A stretch of 64,000 nucleotides of DNA from Marsupella aquatica. Its lineage: Eukaryota; Plantae; Marchantiophyta. Under the pieces are notes generated by a model. It did not search any database and was not told where the DNA came from. It worked only from the letters and a program-made list of their open reading frames with translations. This document shows, in pieces, positions 61,435-64,000 of the stretch. The number at the start of each line of letters is the position of its first letter. Position 1 is the stretch's first letter. The translations under genes were made by a program, and so were the position numbers. The stretch covers positions 16,606,357-16,670,356 of the forward strand of contig OZ316892.1 in NCBI GenBank assembly GCA_973895155.1, in the 5' to 3' direction.

Positions 61435-62853
61435 CTAACCGCGGATGTTGATAGCTTCCCAAAGAAGACTCTTGGACAGATCAGGTACAGGCTTCGACAG
61501 ATCCCGAGCCTCGAGAGCAGCCGTTCTCAACGTTCGAAGTACTCTGAGATTCGCTTCCCACCAGGAGGCCGACTCGTATGGCATTCCATACTTCAGGCAT
61601 AGCTCCCTTACAAATGGGGCAATCTTTCGCAGGTTGTGGCGAGGAAGGGTTGGGAAGAGATGGTGATCAATCTGGAAGTTGAGGCCGCCATGAAACCAAT
61701 CCGTGCAAGGAGAAGAGGAAATATTAAGACTCCCTGTCACCTGTGATTCGAACCAAGACTTGCTCTCAGGCCGCCCCTCATAAACGGGAGATGAAAAGTG
61801 GTTCAACACAAATTGCACGTGTTGAATTCCCGTGACCGCGAAGGCTGTCAACACAAACGCTAGCCTGTGCACAGCGTTAGGCAAGCATGACAGCAACAGA
61901 GAGAACCACAACCAGTAGAAGCCCAACGTAGCGAGTTCCAGAGCCCGAGTGGAAGCACTCATCCTCTTCGTAAATGCCACAATGAAAGTCTGGGCATACA
62001 GGTTGACGCGAGCCACTGCCATAACTAGGTAGAAGGTCCAATGCTGGTAGCTCACGAGAAGACGGGCTGCACTGTCAAACTCCATCGTCCTATCATAGAA
62101 GTGAGAGTAGAGAGAAGCGAAGAATTTAGATGAGATTGCGAAGAGGGGCATGTACTGTATGTCAGGGTCATAATCCACACAATTGCAGGCATAATGGTGG
62201 GCATTGTGGTTCCCTCTCCACCATTCCATACCTATGCCTGTCGAGCAGTTTCCAATGAAAAGTTTCACATACTTGTCTGCACGAGTCTTGAACATGCCAG
62301 AATGGGCTACATCGTGCCCCATGAATCCTGTTTGTATCCAAACCAGCCCTAGAAGAGCTCCGCATCCGATATGGACCAACAGGTTCTGAGAATACAGTAC
62401 ACCCAGCACACACAGGACGAACATTGGGATCATGATCGCAGCGTACTGTCCATACACATGGACTGGATTCTTATACAAGCCCGCCTTCTTCAGATTGATA
62501 AGAAGCTTTCGGTAATCCGCTTGGATTGGAGACACATTGTAATCCGTCAAATTCCCTATTTGGAATTGAGGAAGAAGAGCCCAGGTCGTTCCTGGATGGA
62601 AGGCGAGAAAAGCATCCGTGACGTCTTGGCCTGCGAAGCTCAGAATCGGGTTGCCACCACCTGGGTGCTTTCCAAGCCAGTCTGTAACGTCATACACCTT
62701 ACCCTCGATAGAGATCCAAAGGTCTCCTTCCTTTGCATGGTTTGAAAGCTCATCACTACTGATGTTCCTCAATGGAGGCCTTTCAGTTGAGCGAGTTCTA
62801 GATCCAGTCTGAATGGATGCTGTTGTCGATCTTGCATTTGAATCAGAAGCCAT
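61435..62853 (-). CDS. SLD: Cytochrome b5-fused front-end desaturase, delta-8 sphingolipid desaturase type (intronless; alternative in-frame ATG at 63021)
   Basis: WISIEGKVYDVT..HPGG cytochrome b5 domain and His boxes HDVAH, HNAHH and QIDHH. C-terminal LLWEAINIRG is typical of plant SLD. Confidence 0.9.
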   Translation of the reverse strand: MASDSNARSTTASIQTGSRTRSTERPPLRNISSDELSNHAKEGDLWISIEGKVYDVTDWLGKHPGGGNPILSFAGQDVTDAFLAFHPGTTWALLPQFQIGNLTDYNVSPIQADYRKLLINLKKAGLYKNPVHVYGQYAAIMIPMFVLCVLGVLYSQNLLVHIGCGALLGLVWIQTGFMGHDVAHSGMFKTRADKYVKLFIGNCSTGIGMEWWRGNHNAHHYACNCVDYDPDIQYMPLFAISSKFFASLYSHFYDRTMEFDSAARLLVSYQHWTFYLVMAVARVNLYAQTFIVAFTKRMSASTRALELATLGFYWLWFSLLLSCLPNAVHRLAFVLTAFAVTGIQHVQFVLNHFSSPVYEGRPESKSWFESQVTGSLNISSSPCTDWFHGGLNFQIDHHLFPTLPRHNLRKIAPFVRELCLKYGMPYESASWWEANLRVLRTLRTAALEARDLSKPVPDLSKSLLWEAINIRG

Positions 62854-64000
62854 TCTGCGCCTCCTGTTGATATCACCTGAATTGCATTCATCCGCTAGCA
62901 GATGTTCCACTGATTTGAGGTCGACTGGCGAGCTAAACACTGACTCACCACAAATGCATCCCTGATTTCTTTCTGCTAAAAATGAAGACCAGGTTTTCTC
63001 ACCTCCCTTTGCGCATACCATCACAACAATGTCTCCATGTCGTTTAAAGCATATGTGTCTACATCAAACATGACGATTTCTTTGAAATTAGGTCAGAGTA
63101 TTAAACGGGGCACTGAACTCTAGGCTCAATGTTTTAGCAATGTGAGTAAATGCGATACTTCTTGCCTCCGATGCAGTCTCACCTCTACCCGTAACGAGAA
63201 AAACGCTTCCCTCTCTGCCTCTCTCTTGCCATCTCTCTGCCATTAATGCCGAAGCTATTGGCTGAGGTTAAAGATACAGTTAGGAGACACGATGAGACTT
63301 GGAATATCAACCTTGTGAAATACCTGGACTATTCGCTTCGCTTGTTGTGACCGGATGAGCCCATGCCCTGCTATGCCTTTCGTCCCTGCGACCCCATATC
63401 AATCTGCCAGACAAAAACAATCAGCTCTCATAGGGAGGCCGAATGTTGCCTCGTCTGCAAGCTCTAATCAAACACTTCTAGATCTACTGCTGCACTCTTG
63501 CATTTTCTTTTCAAAACATACCTCCTTACTGAGGTTGTTGACGTCCCTCTAGCTCGGTCACCGAATAGTCTGCCAGTCGGAGAAGTGACTTCAATATCAC
63601 ACCATTTTGCCAGCTCCTCTGCCACAATCGTTAGGGGCCGCCAGCTCAGGAGCTCTCTCTGTCACAATGCACAACATTCACCATTCCGCTGTTCAAGAGC
63701 TCGCTCCAGTCCTTAAGAAGTCCGTCCGTCCACCATTGTTCCGACTCTGTTGGGCGAACGTGCAGCTTAAAGGCTCCTTCTATCCCAATCCTGAACTTGT
63801 TCCGAAATGAACCAATCCGCTACAACAGCACTGCCGCCTTCATCGTTCTCATAAACATACCAAAGGATTCAGACCAGATGTTTAGGAATGGGGTACGCAT
63901 CGACTAATGCGTTATGTGCCGAGTGTGCTTGTGGACTCGGGTACAACGCACTCATTTCGCGTCTCCAGGATCTTCGCTGAAGTAAAACAACAACTATATA

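Overview
Eukaryotic plant-type genomic DNA (TTTAGGG repeats, plant-type TEs, an SLD desaturase). A bryophyte origin is plausible but is inference only. The first ~25 kb is a nest of transposons. Its core is a Ty3/Gypsy-type family on the minus strand with the polyprotein order Gag(2xCCHC)-aspartic protease-DNMT3-like cytosine methyltransferase-RT-RNaseH-DDE integrase-PHD finger. The family lacks ordinary LTRs and occurs in three TSD-bounded forms: A-ORFs-B (2679-21560, TSD CCAC), A1-ORFs-B1-gc-A2-B2 (5402-15280, TSD TGGC, nested in the RT of the first copy) and a lone A-B unit (37259-37792, TSD ACCA). There is also a truncated copy at ~23215-25051. A G7 polypurine tract precedes B, a self-complementary Tf1-like primer site follows A, and the TG..CA attachment ends meet in the middle of the implied LTR (B-gc-A). 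This suggests a split-direct-repeat Gypsy that integrates by cutting an internal or circle junction. Deletions in these copies are patched with telomeric repeats. The rest of the window holds an Athila/Tat-like remnant, LINE and CRE-like fragments, an 84-bp tandem array, a Mutator-like MITE, a complete PIF/Harbinger element with an extra ORF, a decayed AT3G52610-like gene and an intact cytochrome-b5-fused delta-8 sphingolipid desaturase. All alignments were done by eye; no database searches were run.
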